From Antedon mediterranea (taxonomy: Eukaryota; Animalia; Echinodermata): a DNA stretch of 64,000 nt. The position numbers and the translations under genes were made by a program. Of the stretch, positions 27,917 to 39,623 are shown piece by piece. The stretch covers positions 12,090,001 through 12,154,000 of the forward strand of contig NC_092680.1 in assembly GCF_964355755.1 (NCBI RefSeq), in the 5' to 3' direction. A model generated the notes under the pieces. The model ran no database searches, was not told the origin of the DNA, and saw only the letters and a list, made by a program, of their open reading frames with translations. Within the stretch, counting starts at the first letter, position 1, and each line of letters begins with the position of its first letter.

Positions 27917-28711
27917 TTCAAACAATGATGAAAATTATCGTAGCGAAATACAAAGATTTGTTAAATTTTGTGACGATAATTATCTCCAAATAAATGCATC
28001 AAAAACAAAGGAGATGATCATTGATTTTAGGACTAAACATAAATTTAATTTTCAACCAATCACTATCAAAGGTAAAGAAATTGAAATTGTTGACCAGTAC
28101 AAGTATCTAGGAATTGTTTTCAATGATAAACTGAGTTGGGGAGACCATATAGACTTCATCAGCAAAAAATTAAGTCCCAGAATGTATTGTATGAGAACTT
28201 TATATAAATTTAACTCCTGTGATTTGATGTTATTTTCGTTCTATAGATCCGTTATATGTAGTGTTTGGACGTATTGCCTCTCCTGTTGGGCTGGTAATGT
28301 TACCGGAGGGAATAAAGGACGCCTTGAAACTTTCATCCGTCGGGCTGGTAAAATGATTGGTCTGGAACTGCCTTCCTTTACCGATGTGCACCTAGAACAC
28401 CTCCAGAAAGATTTTGAACGCATTGAGTCGGATGCCTCTCATCCTCTCCACAAAGTGATTATAGACCAACTTAATCCAAGTGGTAGATTGAGGCTCCTCA
28501 GTGTGAAAACAAATCGATTTGCTAAATCCTTTATTCCCTCCGGTATCATCCAGTACAACAGGAAGTCAAGAAGATAATTTTATATTGTAATTTTTTAGAT
28601 GTTTTTATATGAATGGTTTTATGCTATATTTGTTTTTATAGTGTTTTCTTTGTTATTATGACGAGCAATGAATTTCCTTTTTGAGGATCAATAAAAGTTA
28701 TCTTATCTTAC
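27917..28711 (+). mobile_element. Rex1/Babar-like LINE 3' fragment (copy 2)
   Basis: Same sequence as 20706-21500; ORF 28014-28577. Confidence 0.85.
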
Positions 28712-30894
28712 TCTAGGCCTAGCCAATAGATAGGGGATAGTACACTCACTAGATAGCCAGTACAGCTGTAATGGGCTAGCTAGGCTTCCTATACTAACTA
28801 ACAAAGCTGCACCATAGAAACTACAGTTCTTACTTACCAATATGCTAGGGCCTAGCCATAGTCTTTTCTTCAAGTAGGAGTTGTTTTTTTTGTTGTTAAA
28901 CTACAGAACTTTCCCACATCGTCGTCTCGCCATATCACGTCGTATTTTTTTTCTGATGACCTAGAGGTCACATACACGCACAAGAATCATACAATATGCA
29001 TAATTCATAAGCTAATTCAGGTCAAGGGTTAAAGTAAACCGGAAGCCAGCTGGCTGCCAGCCAACCGACTTCCGGTTGACTATTTTTTACTTTAAATTAC
29101 GATTTTCTAAGGTAAATAATTTTTTTTTTGATCCAATTTTTTTTCAAAGTGAATAACTTTTATGTATCATTTAAATGGCCTTTAAAAAAAAAAAAATTTT
29201 GTTCAGGGGGACAATACATCTTTAAATCATTAGGAAAACATTGGTTTATTTTTTATATGTGTACAGAAATTCGTTCTTCTAGCCTCAGATCATTCCTGAA
29301 GTTAGACATAAATTACATAAATTAGTATTAAGTAATGGATATTAGATGAAGTACAGTACAAATACATGTTTCAGGAGGATACTTTATGTTAAAGGTGATA
29401 ATTAGTTTAAATGTTACCCCAATGAAATTTATTCAATTACCAGGTTGAAGTAGTCTGGTGGAAACACTACTATATGTACTCATGTAGAACCCAGTCAGTT
29501 CTACCAAGGTTAGAGGTGGGTGCCAACATTTGAGATAAGTGGAAACATGACCTTTTCAATAGTAAATTCATTACCAGCATTATAAATAAAATGTTAAAAA
29601 GATGAGAATGCAAGTAAATATTAGATTCATAGTCCTCATTATGCACAATGGTTTTCTACTATCACATTATTAAAATATAAAACAATCATATAGCCTTTAA
29701 TGAATTTACATGGAGGTCTATCCAAATAAATCTAAATAAAAGGGTCGTAATATGTCTTTGTCTCCAGTTCGTAGAAAATGAACAAAAAATATTCAAAATA
29801 TCCTGCCAGTTTGCGTTCAGTACAACCTGCTTAGTTTTTAATACGAGTACTGCTTTCTATACACATAACTTTGATTTCTCAAAAAAAAAAAATCTCTGTA
29901 ATAATGTACTTTTTAATTACTGTAATAATCTAGGTATAGATTATGTTGACCAGGCCAGTGAGAGGACGATCGACTGTACAGTACTACCATAAGTCCTCTA
30001 GGTAGATACAACTTATTTCTTGTCTACAAAGTGTACAGTAGTATGCTAATAGTACTATTATTAGATTAGGTAGTTGGAGTAGTTTGGAAAGATACATCTA
30101 TTTATAAGAGAGTACTTTATATTTATAGATATAATACCAATATGTACCATGTATTGGGATGCAATTCAACAGTTATGAATAAAAAAAACTCTGTATGCTT
30201 TTTTCTGGCTGTGAAATATAAAATTGTTAAATGAAAAAAAAATTTAGGGTGATCATCCCAGTATTTACGGTCTAAATTTGATCTTTATTCAACAATAGGC
30301 ATAAACGATTTCTTAATTAACAGGTATAAAAGCAAATTAAAAGCCCTACGTACTCTGTATGTTGGAGGAAATAAGCATAAGTGCAAATAAATCCTTGACC
30401 ACAGGATGTAATTCACTATTTGGAATCAGTAGTACACGACTGTGTTGGACCATAATGTGGTCCAGGTTGACGGGCCAGGAATGATGGTAGTGCCCAGTAT
30501 ACAATGTAGTTTAGCTTCAAGGCAATACCATGTAGCTGGATTAGCTTGGAGAAATACACTAGAGATTTAATGAGATTTGGTGTGTGATGATTCAGTTTGA
30601 TAATTAGCTGTGAAAAAAAATTGTTGAATTATGAGAAAAATATTGTAAAATATAACAAGGAAGTTATACTATAGTATAATTAAGGGTTAACCGTAAAATA
30701 TATTATAATAATAAATTAAAATGCAATGGGAATTACTATTACTAGGCCTACTAATATTATGTATACAATACAATATTACAGTTAAATTCATAGGTCGATA
30801 TTATTTTATTATTATAAGGAAATCTGTTTTAGAATGAGAAAAAACCGTCCCAACCTAGATTTGAACCCAGCTATCAATAAAGCTATAAAGCTAT

Positions 30895-31435
30895 TGGTAC
30901 GAGTTGACCAATTATTTGGGTACGAGTTAGCCAAGTTTGGTAAGAGTTGACATGGGTACGTTACGGAATACGGATAAAGATCAACCCGTACCCCCATGCC
31001 GACTCGTTCCCATCCCATGGTAGAATACTACTTATATGTTAGTTTAGCCTAGCTGGGCTAACCTACCTCACCTCTCACATGCCCTCCTGAAAAAACGCGA
31101 CCGAAATTACTGGAACCCTACCCTAGCCTACTAGACCTAGATAGTAGTGATGCGTAGTACCATGGAACTATAATAAATGGTAGACGTACTAGTACTGTGT
31201 AGTATATGTTAACATGTCTGGCTCTACGAGGCCTTTTTATGCTCATAGGATGGCTTTTTTGGGCGTCCCAATGTAGGCCTATGCCTATAGCTAGGACAGA
31301 TTTCCCATTCCTGCAGGCCTGTAGCCTATGCTCTAGTAGGGCGGCCGGGTGTACTCTGGTCGATTCACCCCTGGTCGACTCGTACCCATGCCAACTCGTA
31401 CTTATCTTCCTACCCTAAACTCGTATCCAACCAAA
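30895..31435. repeat. Short GGTACGAGTTG-type repeats in both orientations; probable MITE remnants
   Basis: GGTACGAGTTGACC, GGGTACGAGTTAGCC and GGTAAGAGTTGAC near 30897-30955; ACTCGTACCC, AACTCGTAC and AACTCGTATCC near 31378-31428. Confidence 0.5.
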
Positions 31436-31863
31436 TCATTGGTTGATTTCCCGCTAGACTAGTAGGCCTAGCCTAGCTACAATATTCATTATACCCTGCT
31501 AAAAAGGTAGATGAGCTACTAGACTAATTACGTAATTCGTATAATAATAACAATAATTGACTAGAAGGCCTAAAAGCGGCGGAAAACACCTTTCCATTCT
31601 TGCATGGCAGTACGAAAACCTGCCTATGGTTGTACATCATTGTAAATTGTCAACACACACTGTGCTACAGACAGTGTACCGTGTGTTAAAAGTACAGCAT
31701 TTATAGCAGACAGCAACGTGTATAACTTGCTATAGTTTTACAGATAGCACCTGTGGACAGTAGCAGAATCGGGTGCACCAACATAATTTCTGTGACTACA
31801 ATATATGGCTTTTTTCAGTTCCTTACACTTTACACTTAAATCTATCTGTAGCTTCATTTGTTT

Positions 31864-32898
31864 TTAAAATCTTAGCCTTCCTATATAATTTTCTTTTCTT
31901 TGTACAAAGTTTCTTAATTTCTGTAGTAATCCATGGAAATAATTTAGTCTTATTTCTTTTCTTAATAGGCACAGATTCATATTTTCAAACATAAAACAAT
32001 TTTCCCAATTAAAATTAATTAATATGCTTTTCATCTTTTCAAAATCTGCATTTTTTAGTGCATATACAGTTTTTGTTATAACTTTGTCACGTTGTTTTGA
32101 TATCCTTAGACATATCTCAATTGCCTCATGATCACATGAGTCAAAATTGTTAATAATTTGACATTTATCAATTAGAAGTGGATTACTAACAAAAGCCAAG
32201 TCCAAAAAGTGCCCATCCCCATTTCGTGTTACATAAGAAGGCTGATCTATTATTTGCACTAGTCCAGTTGCCATTGTTCCTTCTACCAAGTTTCCTGCTT
32301 GGGCGGATAAACCATTGTTCACATTCAAACAATTCCAATCAACATGAATATTAAAGTCACCTATGAGTAATACATGTTCTTAATCAACAACTTTTGCTTG
32401 AACTTTATCTAGATTATCAATAAAGGAATTTAAATATTGAACATTTGAAGAAGGCGGCCTATAAAACACTCCTAATAAAATTTTACCTATATTACTATGA
32501 CATTCTATCCAAATCAGTTCAAGTGTATAAACATTGAGATCTGTGCATAAAGATGGATTTAAACATGTTTTACAAGCAATTAACCCACCCCCCCCCCCTC
32601 CATGAGAATTTCTATAATTTCTAAAAATGGTATAATCATTGTTTAAAAGCTGACTATCATATACTGTGCTATCGAGCCATGTCTCTGATATAGCAATGAC
32701 GTCATGAGACGAAGAAGAAAATCTAACATTGAAATCTAATAATTTGTTTTTCACACTTCTTATATTACAATAGAATAAACTTAACATTTTACTTGATTTT
32801 GTGTTACCTGAATTTACTATATTACTGCTATTATTACTAGAATCATTGTTTATATTAATTTCATTTAATGTTATGTCATTATCATCAGCACTCTTCAT
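31864..32898 (-). pseudogene. LINE ORF2 AP-endonuclease domain, disrupted
   Basis: CNIRSVKNK, IAISETWL, GGGGLI and GVFYRPPSS, stop at 32380, then IGDFN, LDLAF and CDH motifs. Confidence 0.9.
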
Positions 32899-32940
32899 CT
32901 TAGCTACATTTATTACGGCTTCATCTACTTTGCCATTTTT

Positions 32941-33833
32941 TCAGTGTTCAACTTGGCAAAATTTCGCTTTATGTCCTACTTGTTTACAAACCCAACACAC
33001 AACTGCTTTTCCATGTCTGCAAACTCGTCGTACATGTCCACTCTCGCCACAGAAATGACAATTTGCTACAGGCATGCTTTGATGATCTCTAGTGTGCGTG
33101 CTTCCAGTTATTCTATTTTTTTTTTTGGTGATATTATTGACAGTACATTATTAATACTCTTAACCAAGGCTGATGTACCCCTCAAGTTAAGATGTAAACC
33201 ATGACTTGTAAACTTTGATGAATCCACTCCATATCGTGTAGTGAAAGCTCGGCTGTGATCAATAACAATGTTACCGAAAGAATATTTGAGCATTTCATTT
33301 ACGTCAAATACGCGTCTGTTTAATGAAAGATCATCAAGTCTCGGGCAAATCGCTGAGATGAAAACCTCGCCTGTTATCCTCATTTTAAGCCTTGATATCA
33401 TATCAGTGTAGTCGTTCTTTAGCCTATCCAAGTCAAAGTTGATATCGCAACAGTCATTTGTTCCAGCATGAATGACAACATTTTCTACATTGGTCAGATC
33501 GATCTCACATAATGTATAGTTAACTTGTTCCACAGTTGCTCCTCTTAATGTTCTCACAGATGTTTCACATAGACCATTTGTCTTAATATGCTTCAGCATA
33601 GAGTCACCTATTATTAGATTTCTTTGTTGTTTAGCTGGAATTTGTTTGGCTGGAATCTGTTTAGCTGGAATTTGTTTAGCTGGAATTTGTTTAGCTGGAA
33701 GTTGTTTTGCTGGAATTTGTTCGGCTTTCTTTGTAGGCTTTGGTGATACATTATTATAAGTAATATTTTGCAAATTTTCTTCACAGACTTTGCCTTCTTC
33801 CCTCCTAGTGATACTGAGGCAAGGGTTATTCAA
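32941..33833 (-). pseudogene. LINE ORF1: QIPAK repeats, SGNH esterase and two CCHC zinc knuckles; frameshift in homopolymer near 33120
   Basis: IIGDSML, IHAGTND and GLHLN motifs. A shifted frame reads CHFCGESGHVRRVC and CWVCKQVGHKAKFC before TGA at 32941-32943. Confidence 0.87.
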
Positions 33834-33990
33834 ATTAATAGATGTTTGAGTATTTGATTTTACAACTGATCTCTTTGCTGAACATCTTGGTTGTTTGAAA
33901 TCCTGTTCACTTACTAGAACCTGTAACGTCTTGACTTGTTCCTCTAATACAGCATTCCTATCAATAATTTCCTTATACGAGGATGAGAGA

Positions 33991-35227
33991 TTTTAAAACG
34001 TTTAAGACCATTTTGAGCATTTCGACAAAACTTTTTCACACAAAACATCAAAGTGTACAAAAAGCTTCAAATCGCATTTGGAGACGTTTTAGACCATTTT
34101 GTGATTTTCGAAAAAAATTGTTAACATAAAAACACAAAAGTGCTTAGAATAGCTTCAAATCGCATTTGGAGACGTTTTAGACCATTTTGTGCAATTCGAT
34201 GAAACTTGTTTACACAAAAACATCAAAGTGCTTAAAATCACATTAGAAACCGTTTTAGATCATTTTGAGCATTTCGATAATAAACTTTTCACACAAAAAC
34301 ATCAAAGAGCACAAAATAGCTTAATATCGTATTTAAAAACGTTTTAGACCATTTTGAGCATTTCGACAAAACTTAACATCAAAGTGTACAGAATAGCTTC
34401 AAATCGCATTTTAAAACGTTTTAGACCATTTTGTGCATTTCGATGAAACTTGGTTACACTAAAACATCAAAGTGCTTAGAACCACATAAGAAGCCGTTTT
34501 AGACCATTTTGAGCATTTCGATAAAACTTTTCATACAAAAACATCAAAGTGCACAAAATAGCTTAATATGGTATCTAAAAACGTTTTAGACCATTTTGAG
34601 CATTTCGACAAAACTTAACATCAAAGTGTACAGAATAGCTTCAAATCACATTTGGAGACGTTTTAGACCAGTTGTGTGCATTTCGATGAAACTTGGTTAC
34701 ACAAAAACATCAAAGTGCTTAAAATCACATTATAAACCGTTTTAGACCATTTTGAGCATTTCGATAAAACTTTTCACACAAAAACATAAAAGAGCACAAA
34801 ATAGCTTAATATTGTATTTAAAAACGTTTTAGACCATTTTGAGCATTTCGACAAAACTTTTTTACACAAAACAACAAAGTGTACAAAATAGCTTCAAATC
34901 GCATTTGGAGACGTTTTAGACCATTTTGTGATTTTCGAAAAAAATTGTTAACATAAAAACACAAAAGTGCTTAGAATAGCTTCAAATCGCATTTGGAGAC
35001 GTTTTAGACCATTTTGTGCAATTCGATGAAACTTCTTTACACAAAAACATCAAAGTGCTTAAAATCACATTAGAAACCGTTTTAGACCATTTTGAGCATT
35101 TCGATAATAAACTTTTCACACAAAAACATCAAAATGCACAAAATAGTTTAATATTGTATTTTAAAACGTTTTAGACCATTTTGAGCATTTCGACAAAACT
35201 TTTTCACACAAACCATCAAAGTGTACA
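33991..35227 (+). repeat. Satellite C array 1 (~75-87-bp monomer)
   Basis: CGTTTTAGACCATTTTG recurs about every 80 bp with cycling variants. Confidence 0.95.
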
Positions 35228-36387
35228 GATGTTAACACAATATATGTGCATAAATGGCAATATTATAGTCTATTTATTGGATTTTAAAAGGTGGAAAATT
35301 TGGTCATTTTTCGAAAAAATTCCTGTGGTCCCCAGCAGGAAAATTTTTCGAAAAATGGCCAAATTTCGACCCTTTTATTTTTTGACATAACTAGTTACTA
35401 TGGCTCTATAAGATGATGTTAACACAATATATTTGCATAAATGCATAAATTTTAGCATAATTATAGAATTTTAAAAATTGGAAATTTTGGCCCTCTTTCA
35501 CAAAAATTCCTATGGTCCCCCAGAGGGAAATTTTCGAAAATTGGCAAAATTTTAACCCTTTTATTTTTTGACATAACTAGTTACTATGGCTCTATAAGAT
35601 GATGTTAGCACAATATATTTGTAAAAAAGGCAATATTATAGCATAATTATTGAATTTTAAAAATTGGGAATTTTGACCATTTTTCGACCCTTTTATTTTT
35701 TTGACATAACTAGCTGCTATGTCTCTATAAGATGATGTTAGCACAGTATATTTGCATAAATGCCAATATTATAGCATAATTATTGAATTTTAAAAAGTAG
35801 AGATTTTGGCAATTTTTCTAAAAAATTCCTATGGTCCCCATCAGGGAAATTTTCGAAAAATGTCCAAATTTTGATCTTTTTTTTTCACATAACTAGTTAC
35901 TATGGCTCTATAAGGTGATGTTAGCACAATATATTTGCATAAATGGCAATATTATAGCATAATTTTTGAATTTTAAACAATGGAAATTTTGACAATTTTT
36001 CGAAAAAAAATCCTATTGTCCCTCGCAAGGAAATTTTTAGAAAAATGGCCTAATTTCGACCCTTTTATTTCTTGACATAACTAGTTACTATGGCTCTATA
36101 AGATGATGTTAACACAATATATGCGCATAAATGGCAATATTATAGCCTAATTATAGACTTTTAAAAAGTGGGAATTTTGGCCATTTTTCGACCCTTTTAT
36201 TTTTTTGACATAACTAGCTGCTATTTCTCTATAGGATGATGTTAACACAATATATTTGCATAAATGCCAATATTATAGCATAATTATTGTATTTTAAAAA
36301 GTGGAAATTTTGGCCATTTTTCGAAAAAAATCCTATGGTCCCCCGCAGGGAAATTTTTGCAAAAATGGCCAAACTTCAAATCTTTTA

Positions 36388-36579
36388 TTAGTCGCGTGGA
36401 CGCGACTCTACAGTTCACTATGTCTGTCGGTCTGTCTGTCGGTCCGGTATCACTTTGCGTTTTATCGCTTTTCTGTACTTTTTGAACTGTTTTGATGTAC
36501 AGAAAAGTTTTAAAGTACATTACTTTTTGAAAGTTCATTTATTTCTTAGAGCACGCAACTTATTGTTGTTGGCCTTGTT
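36388..36579 (+). mobile_element. Helentron-associated (HINE/DINE-1-like) short element
   Basis: 5' hairpin AGTCGCGT-GG-ACGCGACT, a GTCT/GTCG microsatellite, 3' subterminal CACGCAACT and end GGCCTTGTT. Inserted in a T-run without TSD. Confidence 0.7.
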
Positions 36580-37571
36580 TTTTGACATTACTAGTTACTA
36601 TGGCTCTATAAGATGATGTTAACACAATATATGTGCATAAATGGCAATATTATATTCTAATTATTATTGAATTTTAAAAGTTGGAAATTTTGGTCGTTTT
36701 CGACCCTTTTATATTTTGACATAAGTAGTTGCTGTTGCTCTATAAGATGATGTTAGCACAATATATGTGCATAAATGGCAATACTATAGCCTAATTATAG
36801 AATATAAAAAATTGGAAATTTTTTCCATTTTTCGAAAATAATCGTATGGTCCCCCGCAGGGAAATTGTCGTAAAAATGGCGAAATTTCAAACCTTTTATT
36901 TTTTGAAATAATTAGTTACTATGGCTCTATAAGTTAATGTTTACACAACATATGTGCATAAATGGCAATATTGTAGTCTAATTATTGAATTTTAAAAGGT
37001 GGACATTTTGGTCATTTTGCGAAAAAATTCCTGTGGATGATGTTAGCACAATATATTTGCAGAAATGGCAATATTATAGCATAATTTTTCAATTTTAAAA
37101 AGTGTAAATTTTCGCCATTTTTCGAAAAAAAAATCTTATGGTCCCCTGTTGGGAAATTTTCGAAAAATGGCCAAATTTTGACCCTTTTATTTTTTTACAT
37201 AACTAGTTACCGATGGCTCTATAAGATGATGCTAACACAATATATTTGCATAAATGCCAATATAATAGCATAATTATTGAATTTTAAAAAGTGGAAATTT
37301 TGGCCATTTTTCGAAAAAATACTTATTTTTTTCCGCAGGGAAACTTTCGCAAAAATGGCCAAATTTCAAACCTTTTATTTTTTAACATAACTAGTTACTA
37401 TGGCTTTTTAAGATGATGTTAGCACAATATATTAGCATAAATGGCAATATTAGAGTATACTTATTTAATTTTAAACAACGGAAATTTTGACCATTTTTCG
37501 AAAAAAAATCCTATGGTCCTCCGTAGGGAAATTTTTCGAAAAGTGGTCAAATTTCGACCCTTTTATTTTTT

Positions 37572-37722
37572 ACTCTACAGTTCACTATGTCGGTCGGTCT
37601 GTCGGTCTGTCTGTTGGTCCGGTATCACTATGCTTTTTATCGCTTTTCTGTACTGTTTGAACTGTTTTAATGTAGTAACAGACAAGTTTTAAAGCACACG
37701 ACTTATGGCTGTTGGCCTTGTT
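37572..37722 (+). mobile_element. Second, 5'-clipped and diverged copy of the HINE-like element
   Basis: ACTCTACAGTTCACTATGTC...GGTCCGGTATCACT...GTTGGCCTTGTT. Confidence 0.7.
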
Positions 37723-38909
37723 TACATTACTAGTTACTATGGCTCTATAAAATGATGTTAGGACAATATATTTGCATAAATGGCAATATTATAGCATAAT
37801 TTTCGAATTTTTTAAAAAGTGGAAATTTTTGCCATTTTTCCAAAAAAATTCCCCTCAGGAAAATTTTCGAAAAATTGCCAAATTTCAACCCTTTTTATTT
37901 TTTTGACATAACTAGTTGCTATATCTCTATAAGATGATGTTAGCACAATATATGTGCATAAATGGCAATATTATAGCATAATTATTGAATTTAAAAAAGT
38001 GGAAATTTTGGCCATTTTTCGAAAAAATTCCCATGGTCCCCCGCAGCGAAATTGTTAAATTTTGACCCTTTTATATTTTGACATAACTAGTTACGATGGC
38101 TCTATAAGATGATGTTAGCAAAATATATCTGTATAAATGGCAACATTATAGCATACTTTTCGAATTTTGAAAAGTGGAAATTTTTGCCATTTTTCGAAAC
38201 AAATTCCTATGGTCTCACACAGGAAAATTTTTGAAAAATTTCCAAATTTTGTCCCTTTTATTTTTTGACATAACTAGTTACTATGGCTCTATAAGATGAT
38301 GTTAGCACAATATATTTGCATAAATGGAAATATTATAGCATAATTATTGAATTTTAAAAAGTGGGAATTTTTGACATTTTTTGAAAAAATTCCTATGGCC
38401 CCCCCCGCATAGTCCGGTGGCAGGAGGGGGGGGGGGGAATCACCACCCGAAAGTGGACAAATTGCCATCCAACTTTTCTAGACTAGAATTTTGTGTAGAT
38501 TACGAATATGAAAGGTAATCGATCAGGATAGGAAGCGTTTTCGAGATATAAGGGGTCAAAATTCAAAATTGACCAATTACAACAATGTATTATGTATATG
38601 TATTATAACAAATTTATTGAAGCACAATTTGGTCTTTTATTACATTTTTATGATTATAAGTGTCTATTCAATCCTTTGTGATTAAGGGTCAAATGTCAAT
38701 ATTGACCAATCATAGAACGTACCTATAAAACCAAATAAAAACTAATATTTAATCAAAATTGGATGTTTTCTCATTCTGTTAATCAATCATACGCAATGTA
38801 AAAGAGCGAATACATCATTTCATCAGTTGACATAAGGTCTATTTCATCAGCTGAATTAAGGTCAAAGGTCAACATTTTAATACGCGTATTCGTTAACAAA
38901 TAAATGCAA

Positions 38910-38943
<34 letters not shown>

Positions 38944-39623
38944 TGAACACTTTCACATTTAAATTTAAAAAATAGCTTAACATAATAACACTTTCTTATT
39001 AATAGTAATACATAATATACATTTCTCTTAAGAACAAAATATAAATAATTTCACAATGTAATAAATATAAATCTATTTTTTCTTTTCACTTAAAAACAAA
39101 GTCTATAAATAATTTGTTGTCAATTTTTTCTTTTTTAGCAAAAAATAATTTAATTAAACATAAAACTTTCTTATTCAAATAAATAGTTATTACTTACTAA
39201 ATAAACAGATGATAAAAGTTCTATAAATTCAAGATTAAAAAAAAACATTATATGAAAACAATGCTTTTATTGAACACTTTCATATTTCAATTTAAAAAAT
39301 AGCTTAAAATAATATCACCTTTTAAATAATAATAATATATAATATACATTTCTCTTAAGAACAAACTATAAATAATTTCATGATGTAATAAATATAAATC
39401 TATTTTTTCTTTTTTCTTAAAAACAAAGTCTATAAATAATTTGTTGTCAATTTTTTCTTATATAACATATTTCAACTAAATAATTTAATTAAACATAAAA
39501 CTTTCTTATTCAAATAAATAGTTTAACTTACTAAATAAACAGATCATAAAAGTCTATAAATAATTCAGGATTAAAAAACATAATATAACAAACAGTACTA
39601 AGTCCTTTTTTTTTAATGCAAAG

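Larger units (their letters stand above)
25302..29221. mobile_element. Kolobok-like non-autonomous DNA transposon (3920 bp)
   Basis: TTAA at 25298-25301 and 29222-29225. Termini AGTTGTATTGTCCCCC / GGGGGACAATACATCT match at 15 of 16 positions, with weaker inverted similarity for ~130 bp. AG termini with a TTAA TSD fit Kolobok. Excision restores the flanking palindrome arm. Confidence 0.82.
18678..29870. repeat. Outer inverted repeat (~650-bp arms) enclosing nested elements
   Basis: 18678-18770 plus 21946-22509 is the diverged reverse complement of 29226-29870. Confidence 0.9.
31830..33990 (-). mobile_element. CR1-group LINE internal fragment (ORF1 plus endonuclease), truncated at both ends
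   Basis: Esterase/zinc-knuckle ORF1 followed by an APE domain. RT is absent and the 5' side is cut by satC. Confidence 0.88.
35228..38410 (+). repeat. Satellite A array 2
   Basis: Same monomer as 1967-4868. The last ~3 monomers match those at 4350-4868. Confidence 0.96.

Noticed and set aside
30835-30875. Isolated B-box-like GGGTTCAAATC with a T-run on the minus strand
   Set aside because: No matching A box. At most a small SINE remnant.
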